Positions 6,223-13,731 of a stretch of DNA of 34,241 bases are shown here, piece by piece. Where the stretch lies: IMG/VR virus record IMGVR_UViG_3300043772_001132, positions 1 through 34,241 of that record; one strand, given 5' to 3'. Below the pieces are notes generated by a model. The model was not told the DNA's origin and searched no databases. It saw only the letters and a program-made list of their open reading frames with translations. Made by a program: the position numbers and the translations under genes. Numbering within the stretch: position 1 is the first letter of the stretch; every line of letters starts with the position of its first letter. Source of the stretch: a virus. Its lineage: Duplodnaviria; Caudoviricetes.

Positions 6223-8609
6223 TCTTCTACTTTTTTAAATTCGTTATTACTTGTAATTTCAAACCATCTTTGACCATTTGAATTTCCTTCCGTGTATGTC
6301 TTACCATAATAAGCGCAATACTTTTGTATCCAAATTGTAAAACGTTTAGACTTTAACCAACTTCTAAAATCTTTATGTTCCTGTAAGAAATTTTCAAAGC
6401 AAACACTTTTAATTAATCTACTATCTTCTTGTACGTTCCCATCTCCAATCCACTCTAAAAACTCAGAAGATGTTTCATTGATTAATTTTCTATGCTCTAA
6501 ATTCGTAAAGTCAAATGGTACTAATCCTTTTTCAAGATAAAACTTTTGGCAGTTAATCATAAAATGGTCAAACCTTGCCCACTCATTTTCGTCCCAATCA
6601 TCGAATAACATATGACCAAACTCGTCTAAAGGTGTATGATTTGCGTTAAAATAACTACTCATTTCAACTTCAAACTTCCTACGTTCAAAAGAACCACCAA
6701 CCCCTCCAATAGTGTAGTTTGTTGTAATAACGATTTTAGGTGATTTAGTAACAGGTAGCTTGATTGCGTCTTGCCCTTTATATTCTAAGGTTATACCCTC
6801 TGTAATTAATGAGAATAAAGATTCAAACTGAAAGTTCTTTTTAACGTCATCAAATACTAAAAGTTGTGTATCAACAGGAACCGACTGGTAAGGGAATGAT
6901 TTAGTAAATTCAAACGTTTTACCATCTATTGCAGATACTTTTTTCATTTTACCTAACGCATTCCAAAACAAAGACTTTCCCGAACCACCGTTTGGATTGT
7001 CAGAAATTGTTTCATCGTTGAATATTATCGCTTTATTGTTTGCACTTGTTTTATAGGAGTGCATCAAGTAACCAATTACAGATTTTAAACTTTCGTATTT
7101 ATTTTTATTTTGTGATGAAGCTAACCAAAGAAATCTTCTAAATTCTGAGTCGTGGTGGTCTGCATCTATAAAGTCACGGTCAATAACTTGTTTTTTCCAA
7201 ACAAAACCTTTTAAGTCTTCATAATTCATTTTTTGGTAACCATCTTTAAATACTTTAATTACACAATTACGATAGTATAAAATTGCAAAGTCAGAAGCAT
7301 CTTCTTCAATGTTAAATTTTGCTGTTTCAAGCATTGATAAATATTGCGGTGTAAAAGACTTTGTACTACCTGCAACTAAATCAAAAGGCTCCAAACTATC
7401 ACTACTTAACAATTCGTTTAGTACGTGGTCCTTAATTTGAAATTCTGTTACTTCGTCAACAAAATTACCTTCCTTAGTTATGAAAGTAAAAGTCTTTGAT
7501 TTATCAATTGGAAAATGTTTGAAAAAGTTTTTGTTTTCTAAATAGAATTTAAATTTGTGGTGTGACACTACTAACTTCCCCTCCTCATTGTGACTCCAAA
7601 ATTTGTTAACGTCAATTTTACTTTTTTGTGCATTTATCTCAGCATCTAATTTCTCATCGCTTAAGTCAGGAAATGATTTTTTAATATAGTCGTTTGTCTT
7701 ACCGACTAAAATCATATTTGAAATGGTCTTTAATTTAACCTTATCTTCAAACTGTTTTGTCCCAAAGTTAGCGGTATGCTTATAAGCTGAGTTTATTAAT
7801 GCTAATATTTCTTTACTATCAAAATCCTTTTGCTCGTTTGCTAAAATATACCTTTCAGCAATAAATCTTTCAACTCCAAAATCATTAAATGCAAGTGCTA
7901 ATTTATGAAAGGAATTGTTACGATTTACACCGTTGTAAGACTTCTTAAACCATACCATTAACCTATTTGCTATTTGGTCCTGGTCTGTTAAAGGAATGTT
8001 TGTAACTACTCCTAAAGTACTGTTTATTTCAACAAGTTCAGTTCTTTCAAAGTCAACGTATAAATCAGATTCTAAATTAATATAAATTGTTGGGTCGTAT
8101 GATTCAAAACAAAGGCGGCTAATGTCAGCTCCCGAAGTATCTATCGTGTCACTACCGTAGTTATCATTTACCCAACTAAAATGCTTTATAATTGATTTAT
8201 AGTACTTGTTATATTCGTCATTGGATTCTATACAAGGTATTTTAACCAAAGCCTTTAAACCATCTCCAGAAGGACTTATCCAAGTAGAATAAACATAATT
8301 GTCTTTTGATAATTTATCCTTTAACTCTAAAACTAAATCATAGCTTTTAAGTTTGTCAAAATCCAATATACATAAACCACTTGCCTTTTTTAAATTATCC
8401 TTTGACCTTGTGGTAAATGTACCTGCAAATGTAACAGCAGGCAATTGTAATTTGATTTTAGATTTCTTTTTTGAATCTAATTCTGACCTTACTAATTCAA
8501 TTGTTTTTTTACTGTCTCCATTTCTAATACGGTCTAAATAAAACAATACGTTTTTTGGTCTTCCTATCGGTGTGTTCTGATAGGCATCCTTGTAAAAATC
8601 AACATTCAT
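6210..8609 (-). CDS. Primase-helicase (VirE-N/BT4734-like primase, PriCT-like region, P-loop helicase)
   Basis: KLQLPAVTFAGTF, SGLCILDFD, WISPSGDGLK, DISRLCFESYDP, NRNNSF, GGSGKS, LVFDD, ITTN. Confidence 0.88.
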   Translation of the reverse strand: MNVDFYKDAYQNTPIGRPKNVLFYLDRIRNGDSKKTIELVRSELDSKKKSKIKLQLPAVTFAGTFTTRSKDNLKKASGLCILDFDKLKSYDLVLELKDKLSKDNYVYSTWISPSGDGLKALVKIPCIESNDEYNKYYKSIIKHFSWVNDNYGSDTIDTSGADISRLCFESYDPTIYINLESDLYVDFERTELVEINSTLGVVTNIPLTDQDQIANRLMVWFKKSYNGVNRNNSFHKLALAFNDFGVERFIAERYILANEQKDFDSKEILALINSAYKHTANFGTKQFEDKVKLKTISNMILVGKTNDYIKKSFPDLSDEKLDAEINAQKSKIDVNKFWSHNEEGKLVVSHHKFKFYLENKNFFKHFPIDKSKTFTFITKEGNFVDEVTEFQIKDHVLNELLSSDSLEPFDLVAGSTKSFTPQYLSMLETAKFNIEEDASDFAILYYRNCVIKVFKDGYQKMNYEDLKGFVWKKQVIDRDFIDADHHDSEFRRFLWLASSQNKNKYESLKSVIGYLMHSYKTSANNKAIIFNDETISDNPNGGSGKSLFWNALGKMKKVSAIDGKTFEFTKSFPYQSVPVDTQLLVFDDVKKNFQFESLFSLITEGITLEYKGQDAIKLPVTKSPKIVITTNYTIGGVGGSFERRKFEVEMSSYFNANHTPLDEFGHMLFDDWDENEWARFDHFMINCQKFYLEKGLVPFDFTNLEHRKLINETSSEFLEWIGDGNVQEDSRLIKSVCFENFLQEHKDFRSWLKSKRFTIWIQKYCAYYGKTYTEGNSNGQRWFEITSNNEFKKVEECPF

Positions 8610-8623
8610 AATTTCTATAAAAT

Positions 8624-8706
8624 AAAAAACCTCGAGTATCGGTGGTGGAAGTCACTTCAACTCGAGGAATTTATAAAAAATTTCTTACTGTAGCTTCCAC
8701 TCTACA
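8624..8706 (-). ncRNA. Two-hairpin leader with complementary loops and terminator-like 3' hairpin upstream of the primase
   Basis: Hairpin 8689-8706 has loop GTGGAAG; hairpin 8630-8667 (8-bp stem) has CTTCCAC in its loop and is followed by a U-tract. Confidence 0.6.
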
Positions 8707-8710
8707 AATG

Positions 8711-8718
8711 CAAATATA
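8711..8718 (-). promoter_or_regulatory. Bacteroidota -7 promoter element (TATATTTG); second copy at 8740-8747
   Basis: TAnnTTTG match directly upstream of the structured leader. Confidence 0.65.
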
Positions 8719-8779
8719 ATTAATTATTTTAATTAAATACAAATATATTGTAATTTATATTCATTCTAAATAAGGTGTG

Positions 8780-9085
8780 ATTTGTACTTAACAACACATA
8801 TAATTTACGATTCGCACTGGATGTGTTGCGCAATCTGTACTATTATATATTGCTATATATTAATAAGTTACAACTAAAAACAAGCAAATAGTACACATTT
8901 TTTCTATTTTTCCGACAACTTGTTTCAGCAGTAAGAATAAATATATTTTTTATATAAATAAATATATAATAGTACCCTAATATATATAGTATAGAAGGTT
9001 TCAAAGTGTACTTCGCACTATTTGGTATTAACATATTGTTTTGTAGTTATTTAAATGAGTACAGATTGTTTTTAAAAAGTACACA
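8780..9085. other. Putative replication origin (AT-rich non-coding region with iterated AGTACA)
   Basis: Seven GTAC cores in ~300 bp; 11-bp inverted repeat 8831-8841/9058-9068; adjacent to the primase-helicase. Confidence 0.5.
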
Positions 9086-9089
9086 CAAC

Positions 9090-9115
9090 AAAAAAACCGA
9101 CTTGTTAGGTCGGTT
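9090..9115 (-). terminator. Rho-independent terminator of the early operon
   Basis: AACCGAC-loop-GTCGGTT followed by a T-run on the minus strand. Confidence 0.75.
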
Positions 9116-9151
9116 AATTATTCACAGAGTGTCATTGATGAAGCTCTGTTA

Positions 9152-9415
9152 TCACCAATTGTAGCATTCTCCTACTTTCTGACTAAATTCATAATTTCCG
9201 TTATTGTTACCAAACTTTCGCTGTTCACCTGAACAATCGTTTATTGTTATTGCACCGCCTGAATGTTTTATAGGTTGCCCAGGTACTATTATATCAAATC
9301 CTGGCAACACTCTAACGATCCTATCACAATTACAATCCTTAATAGGTGTTTTTGCTACTTCTTCTTTTGAGCATCCTACCATTAGCAAAGATGCTGCTAT
9401 AATTATCTTTTTCAT
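9152..9415 (-). CDS. Small Cys-containing lipoprotein
   Basis: MKKIIIAASLLMVG-C lipobox followed by SKEE. Confidence 0.8.
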   Translation of the reverse strand: MKKIIIAASLLMVGCSKEEVAKTPIKDCNCDRIVRVLPGFDIIVPGQPIKHSGGAITINDCSGEQRKFGNNNGNYEFSQKVGECYNW

Positions 9416-9416
9416 C

Positions 9417-10088
9417 TTAAAATATTGTTAATTGGTTAGTTTTTTTATTTTGGTTGTATACACCTAAAGCGACTTCAAATATTGTGCGCCCTGCTTCATA
9501 GTCTACTAAATTTCGAGCCATTTTAACTACTGATTGCTCACCTTTATATTGTTTAAAATCATAGTCATGAAACTTACATAAAGAATCTAATTCATTTTTT
9601 TCTTGTGAAATTTTAAAGCCTCTATCATTACATTCATTTGGCAAATTAAAATTAGTCCAGTATAAATGTCTGCCTCTTTTTTGCGCTTGTACCAAAGGCT
9701 CGTAATAAGGAATAACATTTTCTACAACAAACTTACCATGCTTATAATAATGTTGTAAAAAAAGTATTTCTTCATATAATTTCATGTCCGGATAAACAGC
9801 TTGTGTTGTTGTTTCATAATTTGAACTATTCCAATATCTTGCTCTACTATGTGTCGGGCAAGGTGGTGAACTCCATATAAAATCAAACTCTTTGTAATGG
9901 TCTAATAAATATTGATGCGCATCTGCAACTATTACCGTATCATTTGGGAATCTTTCTTGATATAATCGAGCTGCTTCAGGGTCTAACTCAATTGCTGTAA
10001 CTTCAATTTCAATTCCTTTTTCTTTTGCTACTTCATCCCACTTGTAACGGTTCCCCCCCAAACAAGCATATAAATTTAGTACTTTCAT
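9417..10088 (-). CDS. DNA cytosine-5 methyltransferase (orphan)
   Basis: LNLYACLGG (motif I), SSPPCP (motif IV), VVENV (motif VI). Confidence 0.88.
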   Translation of the reverse strand: MKVLNLYACLGGNRYKWDEVAKEKGIEIEVTAIELDPEAARLYQERFPNDTVIVADAHQYLLDHYKEFDFIWSSPPCPTHSRARYWNSSNYETTTQAVYPDMKLYEEILFLQHYYKHGKFVVENVIPYYEPLVQAQKRGRHLYWTNFNLPNECNDRGFKISQEKNELDSLCKFHDYDFKQYKGEQSVVKMARNLVDYEAGRTIFEVALGVYNQNKKTNQLTIF

Positions 10089-10089
10089 T

Positions 10090-10455
10090 TTAAAACTTTT
10101 TTAACATTTGAATATATCCCTCTTCCTCTGCGTAGCCTATTTTCTGCAAGAATACATAATAATCGCCTTTAACGTATCTTTTATCCTGCCACGTCTTGTA
10201 ATACTCTACACAAGCGTCAACGCTCTTAAATCGCATTAATTTGCCTTTTAACGTAAACCCGAACGCATTGTTATACTCTCGAAATGCTCTGCTCTTACCG
10301 TTACCTGTTTCTAAGCGGTATTGTGCGTAAACAATCTCAGGATGTTTTATCCCTTTGTCCTTGATTTGCTGTAAACTCAATTGACCGATAGATAGCTTGC
10401 TCATCATCAGAAAGCTCGTCATAAGTAGGGGTTTGATAAATGTAATCTTCTTCAT
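10090..10455 (-). CDS. GH73/glucosaminidase-like peptidoglycan hydrolase with putative signal peptide (start uncertain)
   Basis: AQYRLETGNG, NNAFG, F.S...CVEYY, GYAE...Y motifs. Confidence 0.75.
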   Translation of the reverse strand: MKKITFIKPLLMTSFLMMSKLSIGQLSLQQIKDKGIKHPEIVYAQYRLETGNGKSRAFREYNNAFGFTLKGKLMRFKSVDACVEYYKTWQDKRYVKGDYYVFLQKIGYAEEEGYIQMLKKF

Positions 10456-10645
10456 AATATGCTTGGTTTTTGTAGCCAAAATATAGGCTTGTTATATACT
10501 TTTTTCCTTCCCATTTTGCTATTGCGTGACCAACAACTGAAACAGGTAAATTTAAATGTTTTGCGATGTCAAGCTGAATCCAACCTGACTCCAACATATT
10601 ACGCACACGCTCGTAAATATATTCATAATTCGAAGGGCTTCTCAC
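10337..10645 (-). CDS. Helix-turn-helix protein
   Basis: GWIQLDIAKHLNLPVSVVGHAI. Confidence 0.65.
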   Translation of the reverse strand: MRSPSNYEYIYERVRNMLESGWIQLDIAKHLNLPVSVVGHAIAKWEGKKYITSLYFGYKNQAYYEEDYIYQTPTYDELSDDEQAIYRSIEFTANQGQRDKTS

Positions 10646-10952
10646 AATAACAATTTATTAAAATGTTTTGAAATGGTGCGTCTTGGTCGTAATCCGTAAC
10701 GTAATATTCACCCGAACCGCCACACGTTATACACTTGTTTAGTTCTGCAAACTCATCAAACTGCTCTAACTCCATTGTTGTGCAGATTCTATCACCCTCT
10801 TCATTGTATACAATCCCGTCATTGATATATAAACGTTCTCTAAGCTCTTCAAACGATGCCCAAACACTATCACTGTCAACTTTTGTAAATTCAACGTCTG
10901 AGGGCATAATAAGCATATCAACGTTAAATATCTTAGTCATTATCTTTTTCAT
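10623..10952 (-). CDS. Hypothetical protein with CxxCxGxG Zn motif
   Basis: CITCGGSGE...CYC. Confidence 0.65.
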   Translation of the reverse strand: MKKIMTKIFNVDMLIMPSDVEFTKVDSDSVWASFEELRERLYINDGIVYNEEGDRICTTMELEQFDEFAELNKCITCGGSGEYYVTDYDQDAPFQNILINCYCEKPFEL

Positions 10953-11088
10953 AGCACATTCCTGTTAATGTCCAACCTAACAATCCAAATCCAATCCAAA
11001 CCGCTGTCGATGCGTTCCAATACTGATTCACAAAACCTACAATGATAATACAAACCAATACGTATAATAATTTTTTAGCATTTCTCAT
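10933..11088 (-). CDS. Small two-TM membrane protein, 51 aa (MRNAKKLLYVLVCIIIVG...)
   Basis: Translated by hand; two hydrophobic segments. Confidence 0.6.
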   Translation of the reverse strand: MRNAKKLLYVLVCIIIVGFVNQYWNASTAVWIGFGLLGWTLTGMCYEKDND

Positions 11089-11248
11089 GACCCATAATTT
11101 TTAAAATGAACAAATAATTTTCTCCTACTACCTTTTGCGTTTCTGTTACAAGCTCCTCCGAGTAAGGGATTTTGTAAAAACTATTACCATATCCCATTTT
11201 CTCACGGATTTCGGTAATTTGACTTTCGATTAATTCTGCTGTTTTCAT
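11075..11248 (-). CDS. Hypothetical protein, 57 aa (MKTAELIESQ...), first gene after the early promoter
   Basis: Translated by hand; A-rich leader. Confidence 0.65.
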   Translation of the reverse strand: MKTAELIESQITEIREKMGYGNSFYKIPYSEELVTETQKVVGENYLFILKIMGHEKC

Positions 11249-11271
11249 GTGTTTATGTTTTAATTATGTTA

Positions 11272-11279
11272 CAAATTTA
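11272..11279 (-). promoter_or_regulatory. Bacteroidota -7 promoter element (TAAATTTG), early operon
   Basis: TAnnTTTG match between the late terminator and the first early gene. Confidence 0.65.
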
Positions 11280-11311
11280 AACATTTATTATTAATACGCA
11301 AACTTTTAAGC

Positions 11312-11341
11312 AAAAAAAAAGCGATTTATTTCTAAACCGCT
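11312..11341 (-). terminator. Rho-independent terminator after the endolysin
   Basis: AGCGGTTTA-GAAA-TAAATCGCT followed by a T-run. Confidence 0.85.
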
Positions 11342-11362
11342 ACAAAACACATTGTAAATATA

Positions 11363-11950
11363 CTAAAATTCTTCTAATAAACAGTACGTTACCCTATTTT
11401 GATTTTTAACCATGTTTATTATCATTCTGTATTGTTCTACATTATTGCATACTTGACAGCCTGCTGAATAACCTCCTACATTCTCACCAACAATTCTAAC
11501 TGATAAATCATTAGAAACTGTGTGAAAGTTGATCCCATAACCACTGCCAACAATTGGCGTACCTATCTCTTCGCTTTTACCATCTTTATCTCCGTCACGG
11601 TATACAATGAAGTTACCCACCTGTCTTAAAGCTGGTTGTTTACCTTGGTGTAGTCCAAACTTCCATACATCGTAATACCATTCGTTTGACTTAACAACCG
11701 CAGCACCTACCTTGTTGTACTTCAAATAGCCACCTTGTAATATTGGTGTGCCGGGGTTAGTTGTTCCTGTTACAACCTTAACGAATTGCTCACCATTGAA
11801 TAAGTAAAACTTATCGTCATACTTATTTGGTGCGTCCTCATTTGACCTTACTCCTACTATCCAATATCCAACAGGAATTGACTTAAATGATTTTAAACTT
11901 TTTACCCTGTCGAGTATCTGTTTATCTGTATAGTTCTTAACGTTGCTCAT
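11363..11950 (-). CDS. Putative endolysin with L,D-transpeptidase (YkuD)-like His/Cys motif
   Basis: TTNPG, GINFH...YSAGCQV; directly follows the holin-like gene. Confidence 0.75.
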   Translation of the reverse strand: MSNVKNYTDKQILDRVKSLKSFKSIPVGYWIVGVRSNEDAPNKYDDKFYLFNGEQFVKVVTGTTNPGTPILQGGYLKYNKVGAAVVKSNEWYYDVWKFGLHQGKQPALRQVGNFIVYRDGDKDGKSEEIGTPIVGSGYGINFHTVSNDLSVRIVGENVGGYSAGCQVCNNVEQYRMIINMVKNQNRVTYCLLEEF

Positions 11951-12143
11951 CGACTGTAAGTTGTGATAATACTCCTGCTACTGACCCAACTGCCACCAAA
12001 TAAGGTGCAATTGCTAAACTAAACGGAGGAGCGATTAATACCGCTCCTATACCTCCAATTGCTATTCCAACACTTTGAATACGTTTCCAAAAGTTGGGTG
12101 TTGGTGCGTTCCATCTATTTTTTAATGACTTCAAAACTTCCAT
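11937..12143 (-). CDS. Putative holin (two TM helices)
   Basis: RWNAPTPNFWKRI followed by two hydrophobic helices; overlaps the endolysin start. Confidence 0.7.
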   Translation of the reverse strand: MEVLKSLKNRWNAPTPNFWKRIQSVGIAIGGIGAVLIAPPFSLAIAPYLVAVGSVAGVLSQLTVDEQR

Positions 12144-12237
12144 CTGTATATAATATCATGTGATTACTTGAGTCGCTCCATACCGTTTGTACGACTTTAT
12201 TATTTATTATTTGACCTTCGTAAAATTTACGCTTCAT
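12115..12237 (-). CDS. Hypothetical protein, 40 aa (MKRKFYEGQIINNKVVQTVW...)
   Basis: Translated by hand; fills the gap. Confidence 0.5.
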   Translation of the reverse strand: MKRKFYEGQIINNKVVQTVWSDSSNHMILYTDGSFEVIKK

Positions 12238-12463
12238 TAAAGTTTACTATTACTGGGTTGTAATCTATTTCGGGTAATGTTAAAAGCCACGCATCACATG
12301 GGATAGACTCCGCTTGTTGCAATGTACAACCGTTAACCTCTTCATTTGATATAAACCAATTACCGTTTACATCTTGTAAAGGATTGAATACTTGACCTTG
12401 GAAACCCCATACTTTACCTGCAAGTATGTTCTTTTGTTCTAATGTTAATTGTCTAACTTTCAT
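12227..12463 (-). CDS. Hypothetical protein (fibre-associated?)
   Basis: ORF track; follows the LamG gene. Confidence 0.7.
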   Translation of the reverse strand: MKVRQLTLEQKNILAGKVWGFQGQVFNPLQDVNGNWFISNEEVNGCTLQQAESIPCDAWLLTLPEIDYNPVIVNFNEA

Positions 12464-12465
12464 AA

Positions 12466-13161
12466 TTAAAAAGGATAGTATTTAGTTTGTAATTCTGTTA
12501 TTTCTGTTGATGTTAACACTCTATTATATATATTTATTTCATCCATTCTTATGTTTGATAATAAACTATTATTATTGTAAGAGCCTATATTGTATATTTG
12601 ACCACCTTGATAAGTTTGGTCTACCGTTGGATTACTAAATTGATATGTCCCACTTTGTAAAACACCATCTATATAAATTTTAGATTCTGTACTTCTTTTT
12701 CTGGTAACAACAATATTATACCATGTATTAATTGTTGGATTAAAGTTATTTGAATAACTATTAATAGTACTTTGATTTAATAAATCAAACCTTAAACTTG
12801 TACTGTCTGTATATAATAGAAATCCAGACCCATGAGTACCACCAGCTTTATAGTTATTAAATAACATTTCATAAGAAGCAGCCGTTGTGTTGTAATTTAC
12901 CCACAAACTAATTGAAAAATCACTTGTAAAATCTAAATGCGATGTAGTGTTCGGAATTGAAATGTAACTATTTGTTCCATTGAATTGAAAAGCATCTCCA
13001 AATTTACCAGTTGTATATGTTAATCCCCCTATTGCAGAAGCATTATAAGTTCCAAATGAATCATTTACTGTATTGTTAGCATTATATGAAGATACTAAAC
13101 CAACTGTTAATGGATTCATCCCTCCACTACTTGCTATTATTCCGTGACTTGCTAATATCAT
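12466..13161 (-). CDS. LamG/concanavalin A-like lectin domain virion protein
   Basis: GKFGDAFQFNGTNSYI, FSISLWV, WYNIVVT, IYIDG, MDEINIYNRVLTSTEI. Confidence 0.85.
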   Translation of the reverse strand: MILASHGIIASSGGMNPLTVGLVSSYNANNTVNDSFGTYNASAIGGLTYTTGKFGDAFQFNGTNSYISIPNTTSHLDFTSDFSISLWVNYNTTAASYEMLFNNYKAGGTHGSGFLLYTDSTSLRFDLLNQSTINSYSNNFNPTINTWYNIVVTRKRSTESKIYIDGVLQSGTYQFSNPTVDQTYQGGQIYNIGSYNNNSLLSNIRMDEINIYNRVLTSTEITELQTKYYPF

Positions 13162-13225
13162 TTAAGTATTGTTTTAGTTTAATTATATTTTCTTCCTTTG
13201 GTTTATATTCCTTTTTTTTCTTCAT
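13127..13225 (-). CDS. Small basic protein, 32 aa (MKKKKEYKPKEENIIKLKQYL...)
   Basis: Translated by hand; ATGA overlap with the upstream gene. Confidence 0.45.
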   Translation of the reverse strand: MKKKKEYKPKEENIIKLKQYLNDISKSRNNSK

Positions 13226-13722
13226 AAATACCAATTAGTTAAATAGTTATTATGCTGTGGATAAACATCCCCATTTTCGTTCGTTGTATACTCAGGAAAC
13301 AAACTATTGTTTTTACAAATATAGTCTAAAAACCTTTGAGAATACGATTCTGCAATACGTTTTTCTTTCTCTATTAGGTAGTCAACTTCCTCCTTAGATA
13401 CAATTTCACTATTCTCAGATTGGTGCTTATAAATACCTTTATTACTAATTGTGTAAGCGCAAAAAGGTAGATATTCAACCATTGTAAAATGGATCAACAT
13501 AGGCTTTAAATAAGAACGTACAAGTGTTATATAATTACCTGACAAAGTATTATTGGTAATATCTGTTTTAATCTTATCCAATAGCTTACTTCCAGTGTAT
13601 TGTTGAATCCAAATGTTTTGCGCAACCAATACGAATTGAATAACTTTATCAACGTCTGTATTTGCATTCAAAGAAGTGTATTCTTGTAGGTCTTTTTTTG
13701 ATATTAAAAGTGCTTCTGCCAT
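13222..13722 (-). CDS. Putative head-tail adaptor
   Basis: Follows the portal; helical 166-aa protein; function inferred from position. Confidence 0.55.
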   Translation of the reverse strand: MAEALLISKKDLQEYTSLNANTDVDKVIQFVLVAQNIWIQQYTGSKLLDKIKTDITNNTLSGNYITLVRSYLKPMLIHFTMVEYLPFCAYTISNKGIYKHQSENSEIVSKEEVDYLIEKEKRIAESYSQRFLDYICKNNSLFPEYTTNENGDVYPQHNNYLTNWYL

Positions 13723-13731
13723 GTCTTAAAA

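Noticed and set aside
8843-9034. 63-aa minus-strand ORF in the AT-rich gap
   Set aside because: Ile/Tyr-rich low-complexity translation downstream of a terminator; more consistent with non-coding origin DNA.
9417-10088. Restriction-modification system
   Set aside because: No adjacent restriction endonuclease; treated as an orphan methylase whose target cannot be read from the sequence.
10982-11003. Short tandem CAATCCAAATC repeat
   Set aside because: Explained by the Trp-Ile-Gly-Phe-Gly-Leu codons of a membrane ORF.
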